42,506 bases of DNA, from NCBI RefSeq assembly GCF_001194135.2, contig NC_068984.1, positions 63,759,908 through 63,802,413 on the forward strand, written 5' to 3'. The position numbers and the translations under genes are program-made. A model generated the notes under the pieces. The model had not been told where the DNA came from, did not search any database, and saw nothing but the letters and a program-made list of their open reading frames with translations. Below, in pieces: positions 24,300 to 35,671 of this stretch. The stretch's first letter is position 1. Each line of letters opens with the position of its first letter. Source of the stretch: Octopus bimaculoides. Its lineage: Eukaryota.

Positions 24300-25500
24300 T
24301 CTTATTTGAGGAAAGAACATAGAATACTAGTGGTACTAAATGTTACAAAGTGCGACCATTTTAGGCATAGGCCAATTAATACATGAAAGCATAACTTAAG
24401 TTCAAATTCATGCCGTTGGTCGAAATAAGTTATTTCAATAGCTCGTTTTATTTTGTTATTAGAGAAAATGAACAACAGTTTCGTAATTTAAGCAATGACA
24501 AAAGTACTGATGTAAATGTTATTATATTTTGCGATACAATGAATATTGTTTGTATATATATATCTAAATAAAAATTCAGAATTTGCGTTATAAAATATAA
24601 ATAAGTTATGAAGAACGATGTGTTGTGTGTGTTGGCACTCGTTCGCTTACGACGATGAGAGTTCCAGTTGATCCGATCAACGGAACAGCCTGCTCGCGAA
24701 ATTAACGTGCAAGTGGCTGAGCAATCCACAGACTTGTGTACTCTTAACGTAGTTCTCGGGGATATTCAGCGTGACACAGTATGACAAGGCTGACCCTTTG
24801 AATTACAGGCACAACAGAAACAGGGAGTAAGAGTGAGAGAAAGTTGTGGTGAAAGAGTACAGCAGGGTTCGCCACCATCCCCTGCCGGAGCCTCGTGGAT
24901 CTTTAGGTGTTTTCGCTCAATAAACACGCGCAACGCCCGGTCCGAGATTGGAAACCGCAATCCTATGATTGCGAGTCCGCTGCCCTGACCACTGGGTCAT
25001 TGCGCCTCCAATATGAAGAACGATATTACCTTAGCAAAATACTAGACTTACAGGCAAAGTTTTGTGAGAGGGGTAAGTCAACATCAAATTTACCTGGATC
25101 AAAACTTGTTGAAGGAGGATACAATGCTAGTATAATATAACACAAACTATTTCCAGGAAACTGAATACAGTCAAGAAAATTAGAGTTCATGTTAGAGTTC
25201 TTAGTATATAAAATATCTTTAGATCTGTTCAAATATGTTTGGGATAACTTTAAGTGGTGAAGTATCATTTTCTCTACAGTTTGTCTTAGAGAAAATTCTT
25301 GCGTAGACGAAAACTGTTAAAAGCACCAGAGTCGGTCCATTGCACTCCCTGTAGTAGATGCATTTCTTGCTTTTTACCCATCCTCAGTCCCTGTGTACTA
25401 AATGATACTTGAAAAGCACAAGACTTTTCTCTGGTATACGAAGACTGATGTCAAGAAAAGTTAACTCATCTTACTGACGACATTTCAAAGTAGATATTCC
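24300..25500 (-). pseudogene. Unknown-family paralogue remnant P6, split by a SINE
   Basis: NMNSNFLDCIQFPGNSLC (ORF 25026-25268) vs P1 NICNSNFDDFIYIMPKQKGC. Beyond the SINE: LLFIFSNNKIKRAIEITYFDQ (~24478-24416) vs P5 VVSGDKIK..ESTYVD. Confidence 0.6.
24620..25011 (-). mobile_element. Full-length tRNA-derived SINE (second family, resembling octopus OR-type SINEs) with perfect 13-bp TSD
   Basis: Minus-strand head GGAGGCGCAATGACCCAGTGGTCAGGGCAGCGGACTC...GGTTTCCAATCTC (A/B-box-like) and a (CAA/CA)-rich tail. TATGAAGAACGAT occurs at 24607-24619 and 25012-25024. Confidence 0.92.
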
Positions 25501-26469
25501 ATTTCACATTATCATATTTTTAGGACTATGATTTACTTCGATTTCTCTACTTGAACATTTTTGTACAATGTACACGCATTGTTATTGTTTTATTGTTGTT
25601 GCTTGTTTTTGTTGTTGCTGTGTCTAACTTTTTTGTGTTTGTTCTTGTTCTTGCTGTTGTTATACATGTTAATTCTACTGACACCTTATTTGCTGCAGAT
25701 AAGAATATAAGACTTACACTGGAATATTAAGCTATGTTCGTGTATACTTGTTGTAACATTAAGATACGGTTAATATTAGTCGAGAGTAAGATATTTAACG
25801 AATTTAAGATTCCGACATTACAAAATAGGATTCTTGTCATGCTCATTTATTATTTACTAAAGTATGAGTTACTATTTTATGTTGAGGCTCTACAAGACAG
25901 ACAATATTGATTTTTCGCCGATCATTTATATCGACATTGGTACCATTTAGACAATGCATCGTTAGAGACGTACATACGGAGAACAAACCGATAAATGCTA
26001 AGTCCGGTTAGGATTCGAGAAAACGATGTCCTCTGTTAAACACCATTATCAAGTAATTCAATATTAGAAATCCTCGCTTATATTTCAGAATTATAAAGCA
26101 TATTTTTCCGTTGTTCAGATACACATGAAATATATATAATTTCGTGCAATCTTCATTTACTTTACATTGACGCTTTCTGTTCTATTCAAAGTAGAAATGG
26201 TACCACTATAATTATAATTATAGCTAAATTCAACCGCTATATACATGTCAGTCCGATGCATTCATAAATGCCAGAATCTGCAAAGCTTCAGCCCATTAAA
26301 GAGGGGGAAATTTGAAAGAGAGCTTGCTGGTAGCAATAGTAATGCACACAGTAACACACACTGGCACACACATGCGTGTATTTGTGTGTGTCTGTCTTCA
26401 TTGCGTTCTCTAAGTTTATAGTTGCAGTTACAATATGTTCGGAAAATTCGTAGGCTTTGCAATGTTAAA

Positions 26470-27710
26470 CGGAGTTTTCATAGTTAGTGTGATAATACGG
26501 ATGTGTGCTCTGAGTTCTTAGAATTCATATTGCGAAATAGCATCCCCAGGAAGGAAGTTATTATACTTGTATTGACATCAGGAAGAAATCTTTCCTCTGC
26601 TCTACTCTCCTTGATTGCATACCAAATTGCTAAAGCATGTTATATGCATCCAGATACACCTGGAATACCATTTTTTGCGACTTCCATATCCAGGTATTTA
26701 TTTCCTATGATGTAATTATTTAACCATGCTACCATAGCAAAAATATTTTGCTCTTAACATTCAGAAGAGATATTGGTCTGATATTGGTAGTATATTTTAG
26801 AATATACTATCTAACGACTACCCTGCGTTGGTTGCCGATCTTCAGTTAGACACTCTCGAGAAAATTGTGATATTTTCGATACAGCAGGAGGGGATTCCTA
26901 GAGTCATAGGCCTTCTATCAAAGGTGATAACTCCCAGAGACAGTAGGAATAAGAATTGGTATCTTGGTCAACTGTATCTTCATTCATTGTTAGGCCGGGG
27001 CTTTGGTTGCTCAGATATTTACCAAGCAAACTATACGTGGTTCCTGAGGATGCGATCGTAGGACTTCTTTTTACTAGTCCTTCACGCATATTCTGATTTG
27101 CTAAAGACACTGTACACTGCTTTCTGTACTTTCATTGTTTTAATGAGATACCTTTCTTTAGCCAGTTATCTCCCAGTTTGTATTTATGAAGAGCGGTTTA
27201 AAGCCTTGGCAATTTTACTCCTAAGTCGACCCTAGTTATAGCATAAAGAATATCTTCAAACGTGACTCGTTTTCTGATTCCTTCCTATCAGCTCACTTAT
27301 TCTGTGTGTTATAGTATCGTCTATACCCAACCACTCTTCTTTCGGATTTGGGTGAAACAAGTTGAACATTTCGCTTTTGGCATCAAGAAACAACGCAAAT
27401 GTCACGTCTGCATCAACAATCATGATGTCCTTGGTACAAGAATGAGAAAACTGTTGCTGATTTATGGATGTATATTCTCCAAATGGATATTCTTGGGGGA
27501 CTTAATTCAGCATGTATTCGTCCAGTAGAATATTTATGCCACGTACAGTACGGACTTTCGGTTCACAGACACGCGAGAATTTTCTTAGCCCCTTCACTTG
27601 TCTCATAGTTGGGTGTGCAGGGCCAGTTGTTTTCGGGTTAACACCCATAGATTCATCATTCTAACCCATTTTAGCAAGTTGAAGAAGGAAGTGAGAATCC
27701 ACGGGCACAT
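26470..27710 (-). mobile_element. HERO/R2-group (RLE-type) non-LTR retrotransposon fragment, N-terminal region and start of RT
   Basis: NIRPISLLNVKSKIF..NKYLDMEVAKNGIPGVSGCI*HALAIWYAIKE (26790-26605) matches the HERO-type RPISLLNVEGKIFF...QKGGIPGVxGCxEHxxxIWxAI motif. The upstream boundary is approximate. Confidence 0.75.
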
Positions 27711-27931
27711 TATATATATATATATATACTGAGGTTGATAAATTGAATATTAATTTCAATTTAAAACCAGTGGTCTAGCGTATAAAAACATCTGGTAATT
27801 CAGAAAAATTGTATTACATGCATATATATATAAATAGTGTACATTTAAACACATGAGAAAACCGCTTTCAACAAGCACTTTTTACAGGCTAGTAGTAGTC
27901 AGATTAACCATAGACACATTTAAGAAAAATC

Positions 27932-28552
27932 TTCAAAAGGAATGAAAAATAAAAACTTTTACCTTGTTATATTATTACGGTCAGACTGAGGTTTCAAAAT
28001 CAGTTAGCAAATAAAATAATTTGCTAGGCGAATTTCTCATCAGTAACCGCGCCATAAAACCAACATAAGAGACGAATGACACGTGTCGCATCGTTATACA
28101 TTATAATTTTTCATAATTCACAGCGCAAGTGCAGTTTCAGTCGATAGATTTAATAGATTTCAATATTCTTTCTATTTGAAAATTGGTTATGAAACACGTG
28201 TAGTCATTTTATTATCATTATCTTATGATATTTACTTTGTATTATATTATACTTATTTATTGTGCTTTTACTTATTAATTTCTCTATATGTGGCAGAGGA
28301 TTTTCATCGATGAGTTCATGAAATTTGGTTCTATTCACTAAAATTATATATTTATATTTTATACTGTGAAACTTAATTTAATTNNNNNNNNNNCATGCGG
28401 CGTACTGATTCGTGCTTCATATGTTGTCTGGTCAATTCTGCTGACGAAAGTCTGACCTTGTAAGATATAATCTTTATCTTACTAAAATTGACTTGAAACC
28501 ATGGTACAGAATATAGATTGGTAAAAGTTTTTAATTTTCATTTCCTTTCGAA
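27932..28552. repeat. Copy B of the duplicated motif module, bounded by ~32-bp inverted repeats
   Basis: Same four motifs as 9541-9738 at 27941-28134. Left end TTCAAAAGGAATGAAAAATAAAAACTTTTACC (27932-27963) vs revcomp of 28520-28552 TTCGAAAGGAAATGAAAATTAAAAACTTTTACC. Spans a 10-N gap. Confidence 0.7.
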
Positions 28553-28670
28553 ATTATCCCTAACTTTTGTGGTATGTAGTATTTTTGCTGCTATTGCTAG
28601 CGAGTAGATGTCCTATTATAGCCGTCTCTGCATTTCTAATGGATATATATATATGTATGTATATATCATA

Positions 28671-28853
28671 TGTCTGTGTGTAATGTATGTATATATGTGT
28701 ATATTTTTGCGTGTTTTTATGTGATTATGCACGCTTACTTAGTCATCGAATCATACCCCATGAGATAATGCATGCGTACGTTTTTTTCACCTGAATGGTC
28801 ATATGTATCAAATGTTTTAGAGTAGCATGCGATGCCACACTGATATAAATATC
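28671..28853 (+). repeat. ~185-bp direct repeat, copy 1 (copy 2 at 31077-31260)
   Basis: Shared blocks CTTACTTAGTCATCGA, CATGAGATAATG, TGAATGGTCA(T/C)ATGTA, CAAATGTTT and CATGCGATG..ACTGATAT..ATATC. Confidence 0.9.
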
Positions 28854-29008
28854 ATTTTATTCACCTTATTATTACGACCTAATTCATCTGAATCTCAATT
28901 ATTTTGGTTATATACATTTATATATAGGTCCTGGTTATTGTGTAGCAATGTCGCAATCGAATGTTATATATAGGTGAGGTTAAAAAGTGGTTTACCCTTA
29001 GTTTATAA

Positions 29009-30495
29009 GGCAAAAAGGAGAATGAAGGGGGGATACAAAAATGACATACACCAGCCGGTAGACATTCCATTATGTCTATTTATTCTAAAACATTAGGAAG
29101 TATTATAAGTATATATACACATGCACAGACTGTGTGCTACACAAACATGTACTAGTAATACATAAAAAAGTAAAAGATTAAAAGATTAAAATATCAGTTC
29201 CTTAAGACCGTTTCTGCCAACAGGCCACGATATTCTCCATGCTACCTCTATCTCTTCAGTTGTCTATGGGGATGAGTAGATTGAGTTTGGATGTTGAGGG
29301 TGCCTCTAGGCTTCTTCAGAGGGTCTAAACCTTTAGGATAGCCGATACATACAAGTGTCAGTTACCAATAGATACAGTATATGTTTCTTATTGAAGAGGA
29401 CATAAGAAGAATAGGAGCAATAGTGTAAGAGGAATACAATTTAGTAAAATGGAAATAAGTCATAGACGTCAAGTGTTGCTTTCCAAAATTCATGTTATTT
29501 TGTCCAGTGGTGGATAGGTGGATGCAGTTTTTCTAGGGGGGAAATTTTAGGAAGGTTGAATTTAGGCAGTGGTTCTTATTTTGCTTACATATAAATACAC
29601 GTTATGTTTACAGTGGTGGGTTTCAAAGCATGGTCCGTGTTTCGGTGGTGGAAGTTAATACGTAGGATGCCCTCTGGTACTAAAGAGAGTATCACACCAG
29701 GTGATGACCAAAATACGGTCTTCGTGTTCGTTATTGTTTCGATCAACAAGTCCCTGAACCCTTGTGTTCAGTTGCCTAGGCGTTATGGTCAGTCCTGCAA
29801 CCTAATTGGCTGGCCAGCTATTTTTTTTTGTTTTGAAAACTATGACGTGGTTCTGGTTCGATGATGGTTAACAGATAACACAAAAACAAATCAGATAAAT
29901 AAGTAAATAAATAAATTAATGAATAAAAGTTCGTGGTCACTATGGGCAAGTAGAAGAGCAAAATAACATTCAAAGTAGATTAAATTAAATCAAATTAAGA
30001 CAAGTAAAAAAAAATGAGCATGTGAGTGTGGTAACTAAAGTAATATGACTAAGGGTTATGATCTTAAGGGACAGCATAAGAATATAAACTATTGCAAACA
30101 TATAAAAATAAAATAAAATGTAGTACCTATTGGTAACTGACTCTTGTAGGTATCGGTTATCCTAACTATTTAGAACATCTGAAGAAGCCTAGAGGCGCAA
30201 ACAACATCCAAACTCTATCTACCCATCCCTACAGAACACTGAAGAGATGGAGATAGCATGGAGGATATCGTGGCCTCTTGGCAGAAACGGCCGTAAGGAA
30301 CTGATATTTTAATCTTTTAATCTTTTGCTCTTTTATATATTACTAGTACATATCTGTGTAGCACACAGTCATTGCATGTGTATGTATTCTTATAATACTT
30401 CCTTATATTTTAGAATAAATAGACATAATAGAATTCTACCGGCTGGTTTATGTAATTTTTGTATACCGTCCATTTTCTTTTTTTTCTTTTATGCC
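29009..30495. repeat. Long inverted repeat: arms 29009-29375 and 30123-30495, ~750-bp spacer; possibly a Penelope-like element with inverted pLTRs
   Basis: The arms are reverse complements over ~370 bp, e.g. AAAGATTAAAAGATTAAAATATCAGTTCCTTA / TAAGGAACTGATATTTTAATCTTTTAATCTTT and GCCTCTAGGCTTCTTCAGA / TCTGAAGAAGCCTAGAGGC. The spacer minus strand gives a weak RQLNTRVQ GIY-YIG-like match. Confidence 0.92.
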
Positions 30496-30496
<1 letters not shown>

Positions 30497-30556
<60 letters not shown>

Positions 30557-30621
30557 NNNNNNNNNNNNNNNNNNNNNNNNNNNNNNNNNNNNNNNNNNNN
30601 NNNNNNNNNNNNNNNNNNNNN

Positions 30622-30662
<41 letters not shown>

Positions 30663-31075
30663 GCGTGTGTGTGTATGTATGTATGTATGTATGTATACAC
30701 ACATAGAATCCTATATATATAGATATAAATATATATATATATACACACACACACATATATATATANNNNNNNNNNNNNNNNNNNNNNNNNNNNNNNNNNN
30801 NNNNNNNNNNNNNNNNNNNNNNNNNNNNNNNNNNNNNNNNNNNNNNNNNNNNNNNNNNNNNNNNNNNNNNNNNNNNNNNNNNNNNNNNNNNNNNNNNNNN
30901 NNNNNNNNNNNNNNNNNNNNNNNNNNNNNNNNNNNNNNNNNNNNNATATATATAGATATAAATATATATATATATACACACACACACATATATATATATA
31001 CATAGATACCTATATATATATATTTATATACCTAGATACTATATGTGTGTGTGTGCGCGCGTGTTTGTTGTGTGT
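30497..31075. repeat. Compound TA/TG/TATG microsatellite containing two assembly gaps (30557-30621, 30766-30945)
   Basis: Direct reading. Confidence 0.97.
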
Positions 31076-31076
31076 T

Positions 31077-31260
31077 TGTCTGTGTGTGTAATGCATTCAG
31101 ATATGTGTGTATTTTTTCGTGTTACTATGCTATTATGCATACTTACTTAGTCATCGACTCATGCCTCATGAGATAATGAATACATATGTTATTTCACTTG
31201 AATGGTCACATGTAACAAATGTTTCGGAGTAACATGCGATGGCGAACTGATATGAATATC
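31077..31260 (+). repeat. ~185-bp direct repeat, copy 2
   Basis: See 28671-28853. Confidence 0.9.
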
Positions 31261-31329
31261 GGCAGAGATTCATTTTTTCGGCACATCAACTATGTATAAC
31301 TATAGGTTGTTATACTCAATACTTTGTAC

Positions 31330-32230
31330 GTACTCTTCTCCTTTGAAGTTCATACAATATATCTCCTCGTCCATATTTTACAATCGAATTACAATTTTTA
31401 CAGAGTAATAAGGAATATGGGTCCCTTGGTTGTCTACTAAAATGTTCCTACATGGCTTTTGCTTTACACGACTTAAGAATACTACTTTATCTCTTTCCCA
31501 CATTTTTACTAGCTTCTGGAATGGAAACTTATCTTTGTAGAAAATAAATATGAATACACACAATTTTGGAGTAATCCGGCTTCGGTTCTCTACAATATGG
31601 TTTTTCAGGATTCATAATTCGTGTTTATAAACGTATAATCAATAATCCAATTCAAACATCTAATGTTTTTGTACCGATTATTCATAACAACAAGCAGATA
31701 TCCACACAGGAACATACTCTAACTTTCCGTGTTTAGCCTATAGAGCTTCGAAATTAGTATACCAGTACACATTTTCTAGATTTTAGAAATTCATATTCTG
31801 CTCATTCGTACATTTAAAAATGAACTTGTACATTTCTGGATGAACGCAAACAATAAGATCATATAATACTATTTTTTAAGTCAATGCATACCTGCTCATA
31901 TGTAAATATTTATTGGTAATTTTCATTTCACTGCACAAGTAAATCTGGTTATTAATGCAAATCCAGCTTGTGGTAGTTTTGTTTTATATTTACCTTCATG
32001 GATGTATTTTTATATATTAATTGACAGTTACAAATCCTATATTATTAGACTTCATATTTTAGAAGGAAAATATTCGGTATTTCCGCCCGTTTTCTTTGTT
32101 ATATTATATCCCGACATGTTTCGAATGCGTCTAGAAGTAGCACATATATGTAATAAATATAACTCCTATTTTTATCCTACGTTTCATATGTTCTACAACT
32201 CTGATATATGTTACTGATTACTTTAGAAAC
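31330..32230 (-). pseudogene. Unknown-family paralogue remnant P6b (long single frame with several stops)
   Basis: ITNKYLHMSRYALT*KIVLYDLIVCVHPEMYKFIFKCTNEQNM..VYWYTNFEAL*AKHGKLEY continues in the same frame into ORF 31378-31563. TNE and LxDL motifs match P8; (T/S)NK..M..Y matches P5. Confidence 0.5.
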
Positions 32231-33219
32231 AACCAAACATTATAAATATTATTCGCTTAAGAAGGAAATTGTCAATGTGATTAAAACATATTTACAAATA
32301 ATTTAGCATGGATAAATAAAGGTGATTATAGAATAACAAAACATGTTTTCAGACACCGCATCGTAAATTTATCGCAGATTATTGATTAACCATAATCTTC
32401 ACTTTGCAATCAAAACTAAATAACAGTATTTTGTATATTTTTGCATTTTGCATCAGAGACGATAAAGCTAAAATTAAATATCACCTTACAAAAGCAATAT
32501 TTATAGTGTAAAAAAATAAATTCAGTCTCCATAAAACTATATTCAAAATTGTATATTCTCAATATTCAGCAGATAAGTGTTTTTTAATTGTACGCAATAG
32601 AAGATAACATAATAATTCATAAAAAAAATCTTGTCTTAGAAACGACAGAGCTGTTTAAATCCATCTAAATTTCCCGGTTATCCTAAAACCTATATCATTC
32701 ATATTTTGTGAAAAATATCAAGTATGGTTAAACCATATATAAGACACTTCATTAACTTACTAAATATATTGCATATGTGTTCTGAAATATACGCATGCCT
32801 CCACGTATTGAACACTAGTGCTAAAGCAACGGAATCTATACAAAGATGTATTCTTAAAGTAATAATATTAAGGGCATTGTATTATTTGTAGCAAATATAA
32901 TTTATTGTTTCATTTTTGAAATTTACGATGTAGGAAGGTTTAATATAAACTCTAAAGAACTTGAGCTGATTTATGACAGAATTTTATGAGATTCGGTAAC
33001 ACAATTATATTGATATATACGCAGCCTGTCTTTTGTGAACATAAAATGTAAAAAATGTTTAATGGATATTTTCGATATTACGAATATTCAAAGTGGACTT
33101 TCGCATAACATTTCAGAGCTTATTGTAAATTAAAGTGACTACACAACATACAATAGTGCATGACATTTTTTCAAATTTATCATGTGTCTACCGGAAATGT
33201 TAGATTTTGACAACTATGC

Positions 33220-33258
<39 letters not shown>

Positions 33259-33275
33259 CACACACATACGCACAC

Positions 33276-33326
<51 letters not shown>

Positions 33327-33730
33327 TATAGGTAGATGTATAAATACATAAATATATATATAATTATAACTAAGGGTACCAAAAACGCATCACCATGCCA
33401 AAAATTGCATGGTGGTGGCTCTTCAGTACCCTTGATTATAATTATATTAATATCATTATATATCTATAATAATTATTACCTATATGTTTTTTCCATGCTG
33501 ATCGCTCGACCGGATTTTTATTTTAAATAATGGTCTTACTCTCTTTATATATATATATATATATATGAGTGCGTGTGTGTGAATATGTATATATGTATAT
33601 ATATATATATATACATCCAGGTATTTATAATATAATACACATAACACACACACACTCACAAACACTCAGACGCACTCACATACACACACACACACACACA
33701 CACACCCACACACACACACGTGTATGCATA
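33220..33730. repeat. (GATA)n, (TA)n and (CA)n microsatellite cluster
   Basis: Direct reading. Confidence 0.95.
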
Positions 33731-34385
33731 TATAATTTTAAGTATTATCTGCTATAAATCGTCTGTTAATGCATATCGCTTGAGATAAGGCAAAGGAATC
33801 GATTTCAATTATTAGGAATTCATTTTAGGAGACTAAACATTGATATGCAATGCGATATTCGTTTGGAAAGCCCAGTGTGAAAATATCTAATTCACCTTGT
33901 GCAAATGCAAAATATACAAATTGATTTGTATGTGTAAATAATACAGCTTATTTAGGCTGGATTCAATATATATATATATACGATATCAAGAAAGATATGA
34001 TGAATGTAAAATACATACTCCTACATGCAAGCATATAAATGAATAATAACTATTCTGCCTATATGTCTGTGCACACTTTTCAATGCTGTGTATGCTAGAA
34101 AGTCAACAAATCTAACGGAAGCCGCAAAAAAAAAAAAAACAATTTAATATCCACGAAGATCAGAACTTAGCTGTAGCTCTTGGTAGTCCAAATCTGATTG
34201 TCAATCTATGTGTGTAAATGGTACATCATGATGTAGTCAGACTCTGCATAAGGAGTAGACAACGACCATACATATTAATATATATATGGGGGAAAGGTTG
34301 TGCGTGTGTATATACATATGTGTGTATATACATATGTGTGTATATGTATGTGTGTATGCATATGTATTATATATTTATATATAGC

Positions 34386-34423
34386 GAGTAGCCACATCAA
34401 AGTAGTAGTTGACGTGGCTACTC
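34386..34423. other. 15-bp stem / 8-nt loop hairpin
   Basis: GAGTAGCCACATCAA-AGTAGTAG-TTGACGTGGCTACTC, 14/15 paired. Confidence 0.85.
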
Positions 34424-34473
34424 ACTTTACTGTTTAGTATACTTTACTACACTATCTATATATATTAGTAGAG

Positions 34474-35083
34474 GTCACAAAAGTGACAGAAAGTATTGAC
34501 TAGCATCTCTTTTGCTAAATATAAGAGTTAAGACTTGTCAAAACTCGCAAAAGCATTGTCTTATGAACGAGAAATGTAGGTAAGTACCTAGCGTATATCG
34601 TCGGATCGCGATTTCGGATTTTGCTGTAGACCATCTTAATCCTCATAAATGACTCTGAACGCCTAGTGTTAAACTCAGCTACCTCTGTCATTCTTATAAG
34701 AAAAACCTTTGAAAACATGCACTGATTTTCAAAACGGTAAAAGCATAAAGAACAAATGAAAATGGGTGGCTTATTCGCAAGTAAGACCTAAAGGTAAAAT
34801 TAATACGTGTCACAAAAGTGACAGAAAGTACTAACGCCGCTTTTGCCTAAAATAAGACCTAAAACAACTCAAAAGGTGTAAAAGCACTGTCTGAAAGACT
34901 GACAAAGGGAGGTAAGTCCCCATCGTATATAATCTGATCGCGATTTCGGATTGCTTGCAAAGTGTATATACGCTGGGTGCTTACCTCCCTTTGGCAGTCA
35001 TAAAGACAGTGGTTTTGCGACTTTTGAATTGTTTTAACTCTTAATTTTAGGAAAAGTCATGCTGCGCCAGTACTCTCTGTCAC
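34474..35083. mobile_element. Palindromic non-autonomous element: one full foldback unit (34809-35083) plus an upstream half copy (34474-~34620)
   Basis: Both copies start GTCACAAAAGTGACAGAAAGTA and contain GATCGCGATTTCGGATT. Arm 34818-~34925 is the reverse complement of ~34975-35083 (e.g. CAAAGGGAGGTAAG / CTTACCTCCCTTTG). Confidence 0.8.
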
Positions 35084-35671
35084 ATCCGAAACTTCTATTA
35101 ATTTTGCCTTTAGATTTTAATTGCTAATTGACTATCCTATTTAATGTATATANNNNNNNNNNNNNNNNNNNNNNNNNNNNNNNNNNNNNNNNNNNNNNNN
35201 NNNNNNNNNNNNNNNNNNNNNNNNNNNNNNNNNNNNNNNNNNNNNNNNNNNNNNNNNNNNNNNNNNNNNNNNNNNNNNNNNNNNNNNNNNNNNNNNNNNN
35301 NNNNNNNNNNNNNNNNNNNNNNNNNNNNNNNNNNNNNNNNNNNNNNNNNNNNNNNNNNNNNNNNNNNNNNNNNNNNNNNNNNNNNNNNNNNNNNNNNNNN
35401 NNNNNNNNNNNNNNNNNNNNNNNNNNNNNNNNNNNNNNNNNNNNNNNNNNNNNNNNNNNNNNNNNNNNNNNNNNNNNNNNNNNNNNNNNNNNNNNNNNNN
35501 NNNNNNNNNNNNNNNNNNNNNNNNNNNNNNNNNNNNNNNNNNNNNNNNNNNNNNNNNNNNNNNNNNNNNNNNNNNNNNNNNNNNNNNNNNNNNNNNNNNN
35601 NNNNNNNNNNNNNNNNNNNNNNNNNNNNNNNNNNNNNNNNNNNNTATATATATATATATATATATATGAAA

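Noticed and set aside
24930-25011. tRNA gene
   Set aside because: It is the tRNA-derived head of a SINE with a tail and TSD, not a standalone cloverleaf gene.
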